A stretch of DNA of 64,000 nt from Bacteroidia bacterium (lineage in GTDB: Bacteria > Bacteroidota > Bacteroidia > M30B66): NCBI GenBank assembly GCA_965279035.1, contig OZ257142.1, positions 2,176,001 to 2,240,000 of the forward strand. Direction: 5' to 3'. The position numbers and the translations under genes were made by a program. The notes beneath the pieces are model-generated. The model saw only the letters and a list, made by a program, of their open reading frames with translations. It made no database searches and was not told the DNA's origin. Positions 19,758 through 30,889 of the stretch are shown here, piece by piece (the first letter of the stretch is position 1; every line of letters begins with the position of its first letter).

Positions 19758-22700
19758 ATGAAAAAACAACTTGTATTTATTTTAATCGTGCTTTTGGGGA
19801 AGGTCAATGCTCAAACAATATCTTGGGCTAATACAGGAGCTTCAACTGCATGGTACACAGCAGCTAATTGGTCTCCTTCAACAGCATCAGGAGCTTGGAC
19901 AAGTGGTAAACTCGCTCAGTTTAATAATAATGGAAGTGCTACGACTGCTGGTATAAACATGGGAACTTCTTTTCTTTCCCTTGGAGCGATTGAAGTACTA
20001 TCATCACGGTCGCGAATATTAACCATTGGTAATTCTTCGGGCACTACAGGAACTCTTACTTTCAATGGGATGACTGTAAATGGTGTCACTAATACTATAT
20101 TAACAAATGCTTCTAGTTTCGATTTAACCCTTCAAAATAATGAAACAGGAACGGGTAAAATCATGAATATTACTTTAGCTAATGCAACTGAAAATGTAAT
20201 TAATATTGATGGAAGTGGAGGAATAGTAATTAGTTCATTAATTGGCAGTAGTGCTGTTGGAAGGTTAACCAAATCGGGCTTGGGTTCAGGGGTTTTAACA
20301 TTATCAACTGGAAATACATATACAGGAAAAACATTAATCCTTACTGGATTTATAAATACATCAGGTGAAAGTGCATTTGGCGCAAATCCAGGAGCATTTA
20401 CTTCAGATCAACTAACTTTAAATGGGGGAGGGATTGCATCAACTGCTGGCGCATTGAATTTCAGTAGCAATCGTGGAATTACTTTGGGCGCAAGTGGTGG
20501 AACCTTTTTTACAAATGGAAATAATATAACATTAACGAATGTTGTAACCGGATCTGGTGCATTAAACAAAACAGGAACGAGTACACTTATTCTTGCTGCT
20601 ATTAATACATATACAGGAGCCACTTCAGTTCAATCTGGAACATTGCAATTGAACGCTGCAAATACATTTCCTGATATTAGTGCTTTATCACTTTCGGCAA
20701 GCTCAACATTCGATTTAAAAGGATTTAGCGAGACCATTGGTTCATTAGCCAGTGCAGGAACAGTAACAAGTTCAGCAGCTGGAACAATCACATTAACCTT
20801 AGGAGGAAATAATTCAAATACTAGCTATTCAGGAATCATTCAAAATGGTTCTGCAACATCTGTTAGTCTTACAAAAACAGGAACCGGAACCTTCACTATT
20901 TCAGGAGCAAACACATATACTGGTACTACAACAATTACTGCAGGGGCAATACAATTATCAAATAATGAACGCATCGCTAATTCAAGTAATCTTATTTTAA
21001 ATGGTGGAACTTTAAGTTCAGGTGCAACTACTGGATATTCAGAAACACTCGGAACTTTAAATTTAAATGCAAATTCCAATATTGCTCTTGGAACTGGAAA
21101 TCATACTATCACTTTTTCAAATAGCAGTGCAGTTTCATGGGCTGGTTCCAATTTAACAATTACAGGATGGTCTGGAACAGCTGGATCTTCTGGAACTGCA
21201 GGAAAAATAGTTGTTGGAGCTGGAGGTTTGACAGCAGGACAATTAGCAAAAATTTCTTTTTCTGGATATCCTGGAACAGCAATTATTGTTGGAGGTGAAG
21301 TCGTGCCTCAAGCAGTATTATGTACGGCTCCAAGTATCCAATCATCTGCCATTAGTTTTTCTTCTATTGGTACTACTAGTTTTGATGTTAATTGGACGAA
21401 CGGAAATGGTGCTGGACGAGTAGTTAAGATCAATAGCAGTAATTCTTTTACTACACCTTCAACTGGCTCTAATCCTAGTGCTTCTTTAATTTGGGCAAAT
21501 GCAGGTGAGCAAGTAGTTTTTAATGGTACTGGATCTGGGCCAATAACAATTACTGGATTATCTGCCTCTACAACATATTATATCCAAGTATTTGAGTTTT
21601 GTAATCCTGATCGAGTGTATCAATCTGCAACAGCGACTAACAATCCCAATAGTCAAATTACGAATGCTGCTGCTACACCAACCTTGTCTGCAAGTTCATT
21701 AACATCTTTTGGAACACAATGTATCAATGGAACATTTGGTCCCAATTCATTTACTATTACTGGTTCTGCATTAACGAGTGCAAATGTGCTAGTAAATAGT
21801 ATTTCAGGATTCGAATTTTGCACAACAGCTGGAGGTTCTTATACTTCTTCTTTGTCTTTATCTCAATCAGGAGGTGCTTATTCTCAAACCATTTACGTTC
21901 GTTTCATTCCAACATCAGCAATTTCATATTCTGGAAATATTTCGGTAAGTGGAGGCGGTGCGAGTTCTATTTCAGTTCCTGTCATTGGAATTGGTGAGAA
22001 TGGAACGGTTTCTATTTCCAATGTGAGTGTAACATCCATAACTGCTACATCAGCGTCTAGTGGCGGAAATTCAATCAGTACAAGCTGTGGAACGATTACA
22101 AGCAAAGGTGTTGTTTGGTCTACATCTTCTAATCCGACAATTCCTTCAGTTAATTCAACCAATGATGGAACAGGAACATCGGCATTTGTAAGTTCTCTAT
22201 CAGGCTTAAGTTCCAATTCCATTTATCATTATCGAGCATACGCAGTGAATTCAAATGGTGTTGTTTCATATGGTACCGATTTAACGTTCACTACCTTAAA
22301 AGCAGAACCGAGTAATAGTCCTACAAGTTTTGCATGTGGAGCTACAACATTAACGAGTATTCCGCTTAGTTGGGTTGATGCTACAGGAGCTACGCTTCCA
22401 GATCAATACCTCATTAAATGGAGTACAATAAGTTATGCTTCTATTATTGATCCTATTGATTTAGTTGCTGAAGGAAATACTTCAACTTCACAGAATATAG
22501 CTCAAGGAGTTCAATCATTCAGTCCAACAGGACTTTCAAATGGAACAACATATTACTTCAAAATATACCCTTATACTAATTCGGGAAGTAATGTTAACTA
22601 TAAACTTACAAGTGTTCAACAAACATCGTGTTCAACCCTATCTGCACCTTGGGAAGATTTTGAAACAGGTTCGAAAGGAGCTTATGCTACAGGAAATGTA

Positions 22701-25700
22701 ACATGTACAGCCGGTAGTTGGAATATGAATGATGCATTAATTGGAACATCTGCATCGGATAGAAAAAATGGAATCCAATCGGTTCGTGTTCAAAATTCAG
22801 GAATTGTTTCGATGAATTTTGATCTTTCAACGGGAGTAGGAACTGTAAATATTCAGCATGCTTTGTATGGATCGGATGGAAATAGTACCTGGAGATTAGA
22901 GGCTTCAACAACTAGCGGCAGTACTTGGACAGCCTACACAAGTTCAGCAATAACAACTTCTTCAACAACGCTAACAAATCAGCTTTTTACATTAAACTTA
23001 ACAGGAAATGTTCGATTTAGAATTGTTAAATTATCAGGTGGTGGAAATCGTATTAGTTTCGATGATATTTATGTCACACCATTTAATGCAGTAGTATCAA
23101 CTTCTTCAATTCCAACTTCATTTTGTGCGGGGAATGCAGTATTTAATGTTCCATTTACCTATTCTGCTACAGGAAATTTTCCAAATGGTGTTTCACTCTT
23201 TACAGCTCAATTATCGGATGCTACAGGATCTTTTTCAAGTGTAACAAACTTGCAAAATGTCATTTCAAATGCATCAGGAAGTCAATCAATTTCGATTTCA
23301 ATTCCTGGAAATATTCCTACTGGTTCGGCATATCGTATTCGTGTTATTTCGGCAAATCCATCCGTTGCAGGTAGCGACAATGGAAGTAATATTTCTATTT
23401 ATAATTCTTCTACTAGTATAGCTCCTTCTACAATCCAAAATTTAACTCCATCATCGAATGGAACTACATTAAATGTGAACGAAGGAAGCACCCCAAGTTC
23501 GAGGCAATGGAAATACGGAACTGTTTCGGGTGGTCCGTATTCAACGAATTTAGGTACATCAAGTTCTCAGATTCCGAATTTTGCTATAGCTGGAACATAT
23601 TATATCGTGTGCGAATCAACATACGGAAGTCCGTGTAGTTCAACTGTTCGAAGTAATGAAGTTCAAATCAATGTTGCTCCATTAGTACCAACATTAACTA
23701 CAACTTCAATAAGTGGAATAACAACTACAGTAGCAAATTCAGGTGGAACTATTAGTACAGATAATGGCGCTGCTGTAACTCAACGTGGTTGTGTTTGGGC
23801 TACTTCGCTAAATCCAACAATGCCTAGCGCAAATTCAACTTCAGATGGTTCTGGAATAGGAAGTTTTAGCTCTTCTTTAAGTAGCTTAAATCCTGAAACA
23901 AATTATCATGTAAGAGCTTATGCAATAAATTCGGTAGGAACTGGATATGGAGCAGATGTTTCGTTTTATACATTTTCATTACCAGTTATCAATCAAGCAA
24001 ATTTGCTTATAGCCAATGCAGTAAACTCTTCTGAAATTGATTTAAGTTGGGATGCTGCAGTATTTCCAATTAGTGGTGCAACAGTTAAAGGCTATGTTTT
24101 ATTGAGAGCAAGTGGAGCAAATATTCCAGTATTAACTTCTACTAATGGACAAGCTCCAACAGGTGATGTAAATACAACGATAGTAAGTAGCTCAATTGCT
24201 GAATTAACGACAACATTTTCTAATACTTCACTTTCATCAAATACCACTTACAATTATATCCTTATTCCATATACATGGGATGGAGTAAATGCAGCAACAA
24301 TCAATTACTTAACTTCAGGTGCACCAACATCATCGGCCACAACACCTGTTGCTTCATGCACTACACCAGGGTCAACACCTTCAAGTTTAAATACAGGAAC
24401 TCCTACAAGCAGTCAAACAACTATTTCTTGGGTGAATGGATCAGGAACAAACCGTTTAGTAATTGCATCAACTACAGCAATTACTGCTTTGCCTACAAAT
24501 GGAATAGCTTATACAGCAAGCTCTACGTTTGGTGCAGGGACAAATTTAGGTTCATTTAATTATGCTGTTTACGCGAATACTGGAAACTCATTTACATTAA
24601 GTGGATTAAGTTCTTCTACACAATATTATATTGCAGTATTTGAATATAATTCGATAGGGAATTGTTACAATACAACTCCCGTATTAGGCTCTTTTACAAC
24701 TGCTGCAGCATCTTCAATTATAGAAACATTCGAGCCAGGAACGAAGATCGCTTATGCCAATAGTAATGCAGTATGTAATTTAGGAAATTGGAATTTCAAT
24801 GATGCATTAATTGGTACAACAGCCAATGATCATAAGAATGGATTAAAGTCGGCACGAATTCAAAATAATGGTTCTATTACAATGTTGTTTAATAAAACAA
24901 ACGGAATAGGAACTATCACCTTATTTCATGCAAAATATGCAACAGATGGGAATTCAACATGGCGCTTGGATGTTTCTGATAATAGCGGAGCAACTTTCAA
25001 TGCCTATTCAAGTGCTGTTATTACTACTTCATCAACAACGTTAACAAGCGCTTCTTTTCCTATCAATATACCAGGAAATACCATGCGTGTTCGAATCACC
25101 AAATTAAGTGGTGGTGGAAATCGATTGAATATTGATGATATAGCAATTACAGATTATATTTCAGGAAACACCGTAACAACAGGAACAATAACAGGTTCAC
25201 CTTATTGTATTTCAAATACTTCAGGTGCAAGTATTAGTGTTCCATATACAGCAACTGGAGTGTTCAGTACATTGAATGTTTTTGAAGCTCAATTATCCAA
25301 TGAATTAGGAAGTTTTGCCATTCCAACTGTCATTGGAAATATTACAAGTAATGCCTTAAGTGGTACAATTTCAGCGACAATTCCTGCAGGTACACTGAAT
25401 GGTACAGCGTATCGTATTCGAGTGGTTGCAAGTGATCCTCAAATTATTGGTTCTCAAAATGGTAGTAATTTATCGGTCATATTAAATGCTCAAGATGTAA
25501 GTGGATTTTATGCAACAGTAGCTTCATCTACATCCTTGAATTTAGGTTGGACGAATCCAGGAAATTGTTTTGATGAAATTCTAATTGTAGCAAAAGCACT
25601 TTCAACAACAACAGTTTCTCCTACCGGGAATGGATCACTTTACACTGCAAATTCAGTTTTTTCTACAGGAGGATCAGGTGCGAATTTGCCAGCCAGTGAA

Positions 25701-28700
25701 TATGCTATTTACAAAGCAGCTGCTGGAACATCAGTAACTGTAACTGGACTCACAGCAGCCACTATCTATTATTTTGAAATATTTACACGAAAAGGAACAA
25801 ATTGGAGTGATGGAGTAATTATTTCAGCAATTCCAATTTCTGCTCAAGTGGGAGATTTTAGATCTGTATCAAGCGGCGACTATTCGAATAATGCTATTTG
25901 GCAAACCTGGAATGGATCAACTTGGGTAAGTGCGACGAATTATCCTAATTCAGCAGGAACAACACCTCCAACTGCAAGTGTAACGATTCAAAGTGGGCAT
26001 ACTGTTGTATTAGATGCATCACGAACAAATCAACCAATAAAAAACCTCACAATTAATAATAATGCTCGTTTATGGGCACAAGACAGTACCTATAATGGGA
26101 ATGTTTATTTAACAGTTTATGGTGATATTTCATGTATCGGAACCATTGGAAATGCATTTAATAAATACGATAATATCAGTTTTAATATTGAAGGAAATCC
26201 AACAACAATAAGTGGTACAGGAGGGTTTTATGCAAGTAGGATTCGAAAAACATTTACAACAAACTTGACCACCAATTTAATTATTGCCATGAATGTGGCA
26301 TTAAAATTTAATTCTGGAACAGGAAGCAGTTCGGGAACTGAATTGTATAGTAATGTTTCAGGAAGCACGTTTAATGTAACTGTAAATGAAAATTCAACAT
26401 TGGATTTATTGGTCAGTATTGGCACTTCGGGTAATATAAGTATTGATGGAATTGATGGGCAAGGAAGTGGAGAACGAGGTGGAACGCTAACAGTGAATGG
26501 TACAGTAAATATTCCAGGAACCTTATTTGCTTTTACAGATAATATTACTTCTCCAGTGAATTATTTCATTGGAACTTCAGGAATAATCAATTGTGTAAAT
26601 GTTTGTACTGCTAATAGTGCCACTGCGAACGTGGCAACAGGAAGCAGAACAGGTACATGTACATTACGAATTTTAAATGGAGGTAAATTAAATTTAACTG
26701 GAGGATTAGCTAGTGATTTAAATACCTACAATAAACCATTTAGTATTCGCAGTAATACCACATCACCATACACTTACACTGCAGGACTTGGTACGACCAA
26801 TAATACATTTGATTTTCAAGCAGGATCAACTGTCCAATATTCTTCTGGAAGCGGAACGATGCCGATTCAATCTCAAACCTTGGTTTATTCAAACTTATTA
26901 ATTACCGGTGGTGCAACTAAAACCACAAATTCACTTTTAACTGTCAATAAAGACTTAACCATTCTTTCTCCGGCAGTTTTAAATCCTCAAAATAATCAGA
27001 TAAATATTGGAGGAGACTGGAATAATTATAATACCATTGGATTTACTGAAGGAACGAGTGGGAAAGTGGTATTTAATGGTACTGCACAACAATCGATTAC
27101 TTGCGCTACAGGTGAAAATTTCTATAATGTAGATATTACAAATTCCTCATCGCCTGGTGTCGTATTAAATTCAAATGTAACACTTGGTAATGATTTGGAT
27201 TTAGGAACAAATGGACGACTCACTTTTGGACCTTCTCCTGTTATTTTAACTTTAGCTAAAATGACAGCTTCGTCAAATACATTTAAGGGTTCATTATCTG
27301 CAATCGTTGATATGAGTAGTGCTGAACATTTATTCACTATTGGATGTGAGTATCCAGGATATTCTGGATTATTTAGTTCTGGAACATCTTCTTTAGTGAA
27401 TTATAATCGTGATAATGCTATATCTGGATCATCCGGAAACCAAGATGTATTAACAGGAATTGTCTATGCTAATTTGAGTGTAAGTGGTTCCGATTTAAAA
27501 AGAACGAGTAATCACTTTACTGTAAATAAAAATTTTGTGGTTGATGGCTCTGCTACAATTCTTCAAGCGAATACAATAGGAAAGAAATTAACCATTGGTG
27601 GGAATATTACCCTAAGTGGTGGAGCTACTATGGATGATTCGTGCCGTAGTAACTTATCTATTGAAACAGTTGGTAATACCAATCAAATATTCGATGCTCA
27701 ATCTAATATGATCAAATGCTTTAGTTTTAAATCCATAAAAAATGCTGGAAGTATAGTATTAACTGGTCCATCGGGGACTACTGGAATGGATATTAAAACG
27801 GATTTTTCATTAGATTATACTGGAACTGGATTGTTTTCTGATAATGCCAATTTAATTAAAGTGGGTGATGATGTTGAGTTAGGTGCTGCAAGTTCTACTA
27901 TAGCTAATTTCAATTTAACCGGTACAATTGAACTTACTGGAATTGGTGCTTCTACTGATATTCATATAAGTGATTACACAGGATCTTCTTATTCCAAAGC
28001 AGAACTAAATAATCTAACAATCAATTTAGGAAGCTTAACAGGTAGCTTATTACAAGCTGAAGTAATGCCAATAGCTGGAGGACAAACTACTATTATTAAA
28101 AACAACCTTAATATTATTCAAGGTGCGAATGGAGCTAAGTTGGATGCAAATAATAATACAGTAAAAATTGGTGGTAATTGGACTTCCTGGAATCAAAGTT
28201 CCTTTGTACAAGGAATTTCAAGTACTGTTGAATTTAATGGAACGGCACTTCAATCCTTAACTTGTCCAGGAGGAATTATTTTTAATAATTTCAGTTTAAA
28301 TAATACTGCATCAATTGGTTTAATAACAAATAATAATATTCAAGTAGTTGGCACATCATCATTTACAAACGGTCGACTTGATTTAAATGGTTTTACACTC
28401 ACTTTAGGAACATCATCAAGCAATGGAAATGTGATTGGAGCGAATTCAAATAGCTATGTAATTATGTGGGATGGTGCTGATAATGGTCAAATAATACATT
28501 TTGTAAATTCTACTGGAAGCACGTACAAATTCCCAATGGGTGATTTAACTGATTACTCACCATTTGAATTAACATTAACCAGTGGAACTTTACTTAATGC
28601 CCAACTTACTGGTGGATTGAAAGGATTAAGTCACCCTCAATTAGGTATAAGTTCAAATTATTTAAATCGTTATTGGAGTATAAATCAGGTTGGTTTAACA

Positions 28701-29471
28701 AATCCAATCTATAATGTTTCCTATCAATATGCTGCTGCCGATGTTATAGGTCCAGATATCGCTTTATTTCCTTTTAAATATGATGGTGCAGGTTGGCAAA
28801 GTTGCACCGGAAGTGGTTCAAATGCAATGGTCGGAACAGGTAGTGTGAATGCAGTTACAAAGACACTCAATTGGAATAGTATAACAACATTCAGCGATTT
28901 TACAGGAATTGGGAATGGAACTCCATTACCTATTGAGCTTTTAAGTTTTACTGCAACTCCAATTAATGAACATGTGGAGCTTCAATGGTCAACAGCATCC
29001 GAAACAAATAATGATTATTTTACTGTTGAAAAAAGTAGTGATGCAATTCATTTTGAAAAAGTATTTGATAAATCAGGTGCTGGTAATTCATCCACTATAA
29101 AATCATATGCTGATATTGATCCAAATCCATTCCAAGGTGTTTCCTATTATCGCTTAAAGCAAACCGATTATGATGGAGAATTTGAATATTCTCAAATTGT
29201 CCCTGTTTCATTTAATGGAAACTCAAGTTTCCAAGTTCTTTGGTCAAATTATAATGCTGAAACAGGGGCAATCAACTTAACAACTACAATGGAAAATGAA
29301 AATCTAAATTTTGCTTTGTATGATTTAACTGGACGATTAATTAATGAATCATCAATACAAACAAGTTCAAGTAGTTTTGCAATTTTTGTTGGTAAATTAC
29401 AAGCGAAAGGAATCTATCTGTTGCATATTTCAAATGGTAATAAGCAAATTGTTTTGAAATTGATAAATTGA
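19758..29471 (+). CDS. 3237-aa T9SS adhesin-like protein: autotransporter-associated beta-strand (PATR-like) repeats, FN3-like domains, duplicated beta-sandwich module, beta-solenoid region, type A CTD
   Basis: Three LxKxGxGxxxLxxxNTYTGxT repeats; FN3-like LxxxTxYY motifs; PLPIELLSFTA...WSTASETNNDYFTVEKS...YYRLKQTDYDG followed by a CTD. Confidence 0.9.
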   Translation: MKKQLVFILIVLLGKVNAQTISWANTGASTAWYTAANWSPSTASGAWTSGKLAQFNNNGSATTAGINMGTSFLSLGAIEVLSSRSRILTIGNSSGTTGTLTFNGMTVNGVTNTILTNASSFDLTLQNNETGTGKIMNITLANATENVINIDGSGGIVISSLIGSSAVGRLTKSGLGSGVLTLSTGNTYTGKTLILTGFINTSGESAFGANPGAFTSDQLTLNGGGIASTAGALNFSSNRGITLGASGGTFFTNGNNITLTNVVTGSGALNKTGTSTLILAAINTYTGATSVQSGTLQLNAANTFPDISALSLSASSTFDLKGFSETIGSLASAGTVTSSAAGTITLTLGGNNSNTSYSGIIQNGSATSVSLTKTGTGTFTISGANTYTGTTTITAGAIQLSNNERIANSSNLILNGGTLSSGATTGYSETLGTLNLNANSNIALGTGNHTITFSNSSAVSWAGSNLTITGWSGTAGSSGTAGKIVVGAGGLTAGQLAKISFSGYPGTAIIVGGEVVPQAVLCTAPSIQSSAISFSSIGTTSFDVNWTNGNGAGRVVKINSSNSFTTPSTGSNPSASLIWANAGEQVVFNGTGSGPITITGLSASTTYYIQVFEFCNPDRVYQSATATNNPNSQITNAAATPTLSASSLTSFGTQCINGTFGPNSFTITGSALTSANVLVNSISGFEFCTTAGGSYTSSLSLSQSGGAYSQTIYVRFIPTSAISYSGNISVSGGGASSISVPVIGIGENGTVSISNVSVTSITATSASSGGNSISTSCGTITSKGVVWSTSSNPTIPSVNSTNDGTGTSAFVSSLSGLSSNSIYHYRAYAVNSNGVVSYGTDLTFTTLKAEPSNSPTSFACGATTLTSIPLSWVDATGATLPDQYLIKWSTISYASIIDPIDLVAEGNTSTSQNIAQGVQSFSPTGLSNGTTYYFKIYPYTNSGSNVNYKLTSVQQTSCSTLSAPWEDFETGSKGAYATGNVTCTAGSWNMNDALIGTSASDRKNGIQSVRVQNSGIVSMNFDLSTGVGTVNIQHALYGSDGNSTWRLEASTTSGSTWTAYTSSAITTSSTTLTNQLFTLNLTGNVRFRIVKLSGGGNRISFDDIYVTPFNAVVSTSSIPTSFCAGNAVFNVPFTYSATGNFPNGVSLFTAQLSDATGSFSSVTNLQNVISNASGSQSISISIPGNIPTGSAYRIRVISANPSVAGSDNGSNISIYNSSTSIAPSTIQNLTPSSNGTTLNVNEGSTPSSRQWKYGTVSGGPYSTNLGTSSSQIPNFAIAGTYYIVCESTYGSPCSSTVRSNEVQINVAPLVPTLTTTSISGITTTVANSGGTISTDNGAAVTQRGCVWATSLNPTMPSANSTSDGSGIGSFSSSLSSLNPETNYHVRAYAINSVGTGYGADVSFYTFSLPVINQANLLIANAVNSSEIDLSWDAAVFPISGATVKGYVLLRASGANIPVLTSTNGQAPTGDVNTTIVSSSIAELTTTFSNTSLSSNTTYNYILIPYTWDGVNAATINYLTSGAPTSSATTPVASCTTPGSTPSSLNTGTPTSSQTTISWVNGSGTNRLVIASTTAITALPTNGIAYTASSTFGAGTNLGSFNYAVYANTGNSFTLSGLSSSTQYYIAVFEYNSIGNCYNTTPVLGSFTTAAASSIIETFEPGTKIAYANSNAVCNLGNWNFNDALIGTTANDHKNGLKSARIQNNGSITMLFNKTNGIGTITLFHAKYATDGNSTWRLDVSDNSGATFNAYSSAVITTSSTTLTSASFPINIPGNTMRVRITKLSGGGNRLNIDDIAITDYISGNTVTTGTITGSPYCISNTSGASISVPYTATGVFSTLNVFEAQLSNELGSFAIPTVIGNITSNALSGTISATIPAGTLNGTAYRIRVVASDPQIIGSQNGSNLSVILNAQDVSGFYATVASSTSLNLGWTNPGNCFDEILIVAKALSTTTVSPTGNGSLYTANSVFSTGGSGANLPASEYAIYKAAAGTSVTVTGLTAATIYYFEIFTRKGTNWSDGVIISAIPISAQVGDFRSVSSGDYSNNAIWQTWNGSTWVSATNYPNSAGTTPPTASVTIQSGHTVVLDASRTNQPIKNLTINNNARLWAQDSTYNGNVYLTVYGDISCIGTIGNAFNKYDNISFNIEGNPTTISGTGGFYASRIRKTFTTNLTTNLIIAMNVALKFNSGTGSSSGTELYSNVSGSTFNVTVNENSTLDLLVSIGTSGNISIDGIDGQGSGERGGTLTVNGTVNIPGTLFAFTDNITSPVNYFIGTSGIINCVNVCTANSATANVATGSRTGTCTLRILNGGKLNLTGGLASDLNTYNKPFSIRSNTTSPYTYTAGLGTTNNTFDFQAGSTVQYSSGSGTMPIQSQTLVYSNLLITGGATKTTNSLLTVNKDLTILSPAVLNPQNNQINIGGDWNNYNTIGFTEGTSGKVVFNGTAQQSITCATGENFYNVDITNSSSPGVVLNSNVTLGNDLDLGTNGRLTFGPSPVILTLAKMTASSNTFKGSLSAIVDMSSAEHLFTIGCEYPGYSGLFSSGTSSLVNYNRDNAISGSSGNQDVLTGIVYANLSVSGSDLKRTSNHFTVNKNFVVDGSATILQANTIGKKLTIGGNITLSGGATMDDSCRSNLSIETVGNTNQIFDAQSNMIKCFSFKSIKNAGSIVLTGPSGTTGMDIKTDFSLDYTGTGLFSDNANLIKVGDDVELGAASSTIANFNLTGTIELTGIGASTDIHISDYTGSSYSKAELNNLTINLGSLTGSLLQAEVMPIAGGQTTIIKNNLNIIQGANGAKLDANNNTVKIGGNWTSWNQSSFVQGISSTVEFNGTALQSLTCPGGIIFNNFSLNNTASIGLITNNNIQVVGTSSFTNGRLDLNGFTLTLGTSSSNGNVIGANSNSYVIMWDGADNGQIIHFVNSTGSTYKFPMGDLTDYSPFELTLTSGTLLNAQLTGGLKGLSHPQLGISSNYLNRYWSINQVGLTNPIYNVSYQYAAADVIGPDIALFPFKYDGAGWQSCTGSGSNAMVGTGSVNAVTKTLNWNSITTFSDFTGIGNGTPLPIELLSFTATPINEHVELQWSTASETNNDYFTVEKSSDAIHFEKVFDKSGAGNSSTIKSYADIDPNPFQGVSYYRLKQTDYDGEFEYSQIVPVSFNGNSSFQVLWSNYNAETGAINLTTTMENENLNFALYDLTGRLINESSIQTSSSSFAIFVGKLQAKGIYLLHISNGNKQIVLKLIN

Positions 29472-29749
29472 TTTTTTAGCTTTTATTAATTATGAAATTT
29501 TACTAATAGCATTTATCTGAATTTATCATTTAATTGTTATTTTCAAGTTAATAAAATCTTGAAATAAATCTATTAAAATTAATAAATATATTTTGTAATT
29601 CACTGTTATTAGCTGTTTTATATCTTATATTGAAATTAATTTAGGATTAACTTATATATAACATAGAGGGTAGTTTGAACCATTGAAGTTTAATGAGATT
29701 TGCATGCAATAGAAAGAAACTTCAACTCATTTCATTGACACCTTTTAAT

Positions 29750-30832
29750 ATGAAAAAACCTTTACTCTTAATTGCTTCAGCATTTTTATCAATTCAACTT
29801 TTCAGTCAAGTTGGATTAGAAAATATTATCGTGGAGAAATACTATGTTTCCGATGCAAACGATGCTACGTTAAATGATGTTGGAGGCATTTTACCAGTAG
29901 GTTCTGTAACCTATCGTGTATATGTGGATATGTTGCCAGATTATAAGCTTCAAGCGATTTATGGTAATTCTGAACATGAATTAAGACTTGCTACAACTAC
30001 TACATTTTTTAATAATGAAGATAGAGGAGCTGTTACTCCAACCTATACTAAAACTCAAGCGAAAAACAACACAGTTATGCTTGATTCATGGGTATCGGTT
30101 GGAGCTGGATGTGCGGGCAATTTTGGAATACTTAAAGCTGAAGATGATGGTGTTGCAACAAACACAAATAATGATGGTGTTCTTCAAAATACAAATGCAG
30201 CAGCAGGCATACCTTTAACGCAGCAGGATGGTTTAATTACTGGTGCTCCTCAAACAGTTACAACTTTGGGCTTAGATGCATTACTAGCTATGTTTGATAA
30301 TACAAATGGTGCTGCAAATGGAAATGTATTTTCAACTTTTAATGGTTCTTGGGCAGCACTTTCAGGTGCAACCGGACCTAATCAAGCTACTAATAAAGTT
30401 CTTATTGGACAATTTACAACTGAAGGCGTATTCTCATTTGAATTAAATATTCAAATAGGAACACCCGATGGTGGTGTAGAACGTTATGTGTCTTCAAATC
30501 CTATTGCTAGTGAAGTATTATTTCCTAGTTTAACATATACTTCAGATATCATTTCTAAAACGCATTTTATAAATAGTGATGATAGGATTTTTAAAGTATT
30601 CCCAAATCCTTCTCAAGACATTATCACTGTTGAAACAAATGAAGATAAGAATGCTTGTATGCGTTATTCAATTTATAACATGCGCGGTCAATTAGTTTCT
30701 GTTAAAACTACTTCAGGTTTTAATTCTAATTCTTTTGAACAATTTACTATTTCAAATCTTCCTAGAGGACATTACTTAATTGAATTAGTCGTAAATGGAA
30801 AACGATCGATTCAGAAGTTTACCAAGAACTAA
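29750..30832 (+). CDS. T9SS type A CTD protein with uncharacterised TYRxYVD domain (paralog 1)
   Basis: ATG at 29750 gives a clean signal peptide MKKPLLL...FS-Q. The domain is shared with 33925 and 38276. CTD VFPNPSQD...QKFTKN. Confidence 0.87.
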   Translation: MKKPLLLIASAFLSIQLFSQVGLENIIVEKYYVSDANDATLNDVGGILPVGSVTYRVYVDMLPDYKLQAIYGNSEHELRLATTTTFFNNEDRGAVTPTYTKTQAKNNTVMLDSWVSVGAGCAGNFGILKAEDDGVATNTNNDGVLQNTNAAAGIPLTQQDGLITGAPQTVTTLGLDALLAMFDNTNGAANGNVFSTFNGSWAALSGATGPNQATNKVLIGQFTTEGVFSFELNIQIGTPDGGVERYVSSNPIASEVLFPSLTYTSDIISKTHFINSDDRIFKVFPNPSQDIITVETNEDKNACMRYSIYNMRGQLVSVKTTSGFNSNSFEQFTISNLPRGHYLIELVVNGKRSIQKFTKN

Positions 30833-30847
30833 TTTTTTATAGAAACA

Positions 30848-30879
30848 ATAAGGGATTCATTTGAATCCCTTATCATTTT
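30848..30879 (+). terminator. Intergenic hairpin (partial terminator or mRNA-stability element)
   Basis: ATAAGGGATTC-ATTT-GAATCCCTTAT, a perfect 11-bp stem followed by CATTTT, 16 nt before the receptor ATG. Confidence 0.7.
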
Positions 30880-30889
30880 AGATTCTACC

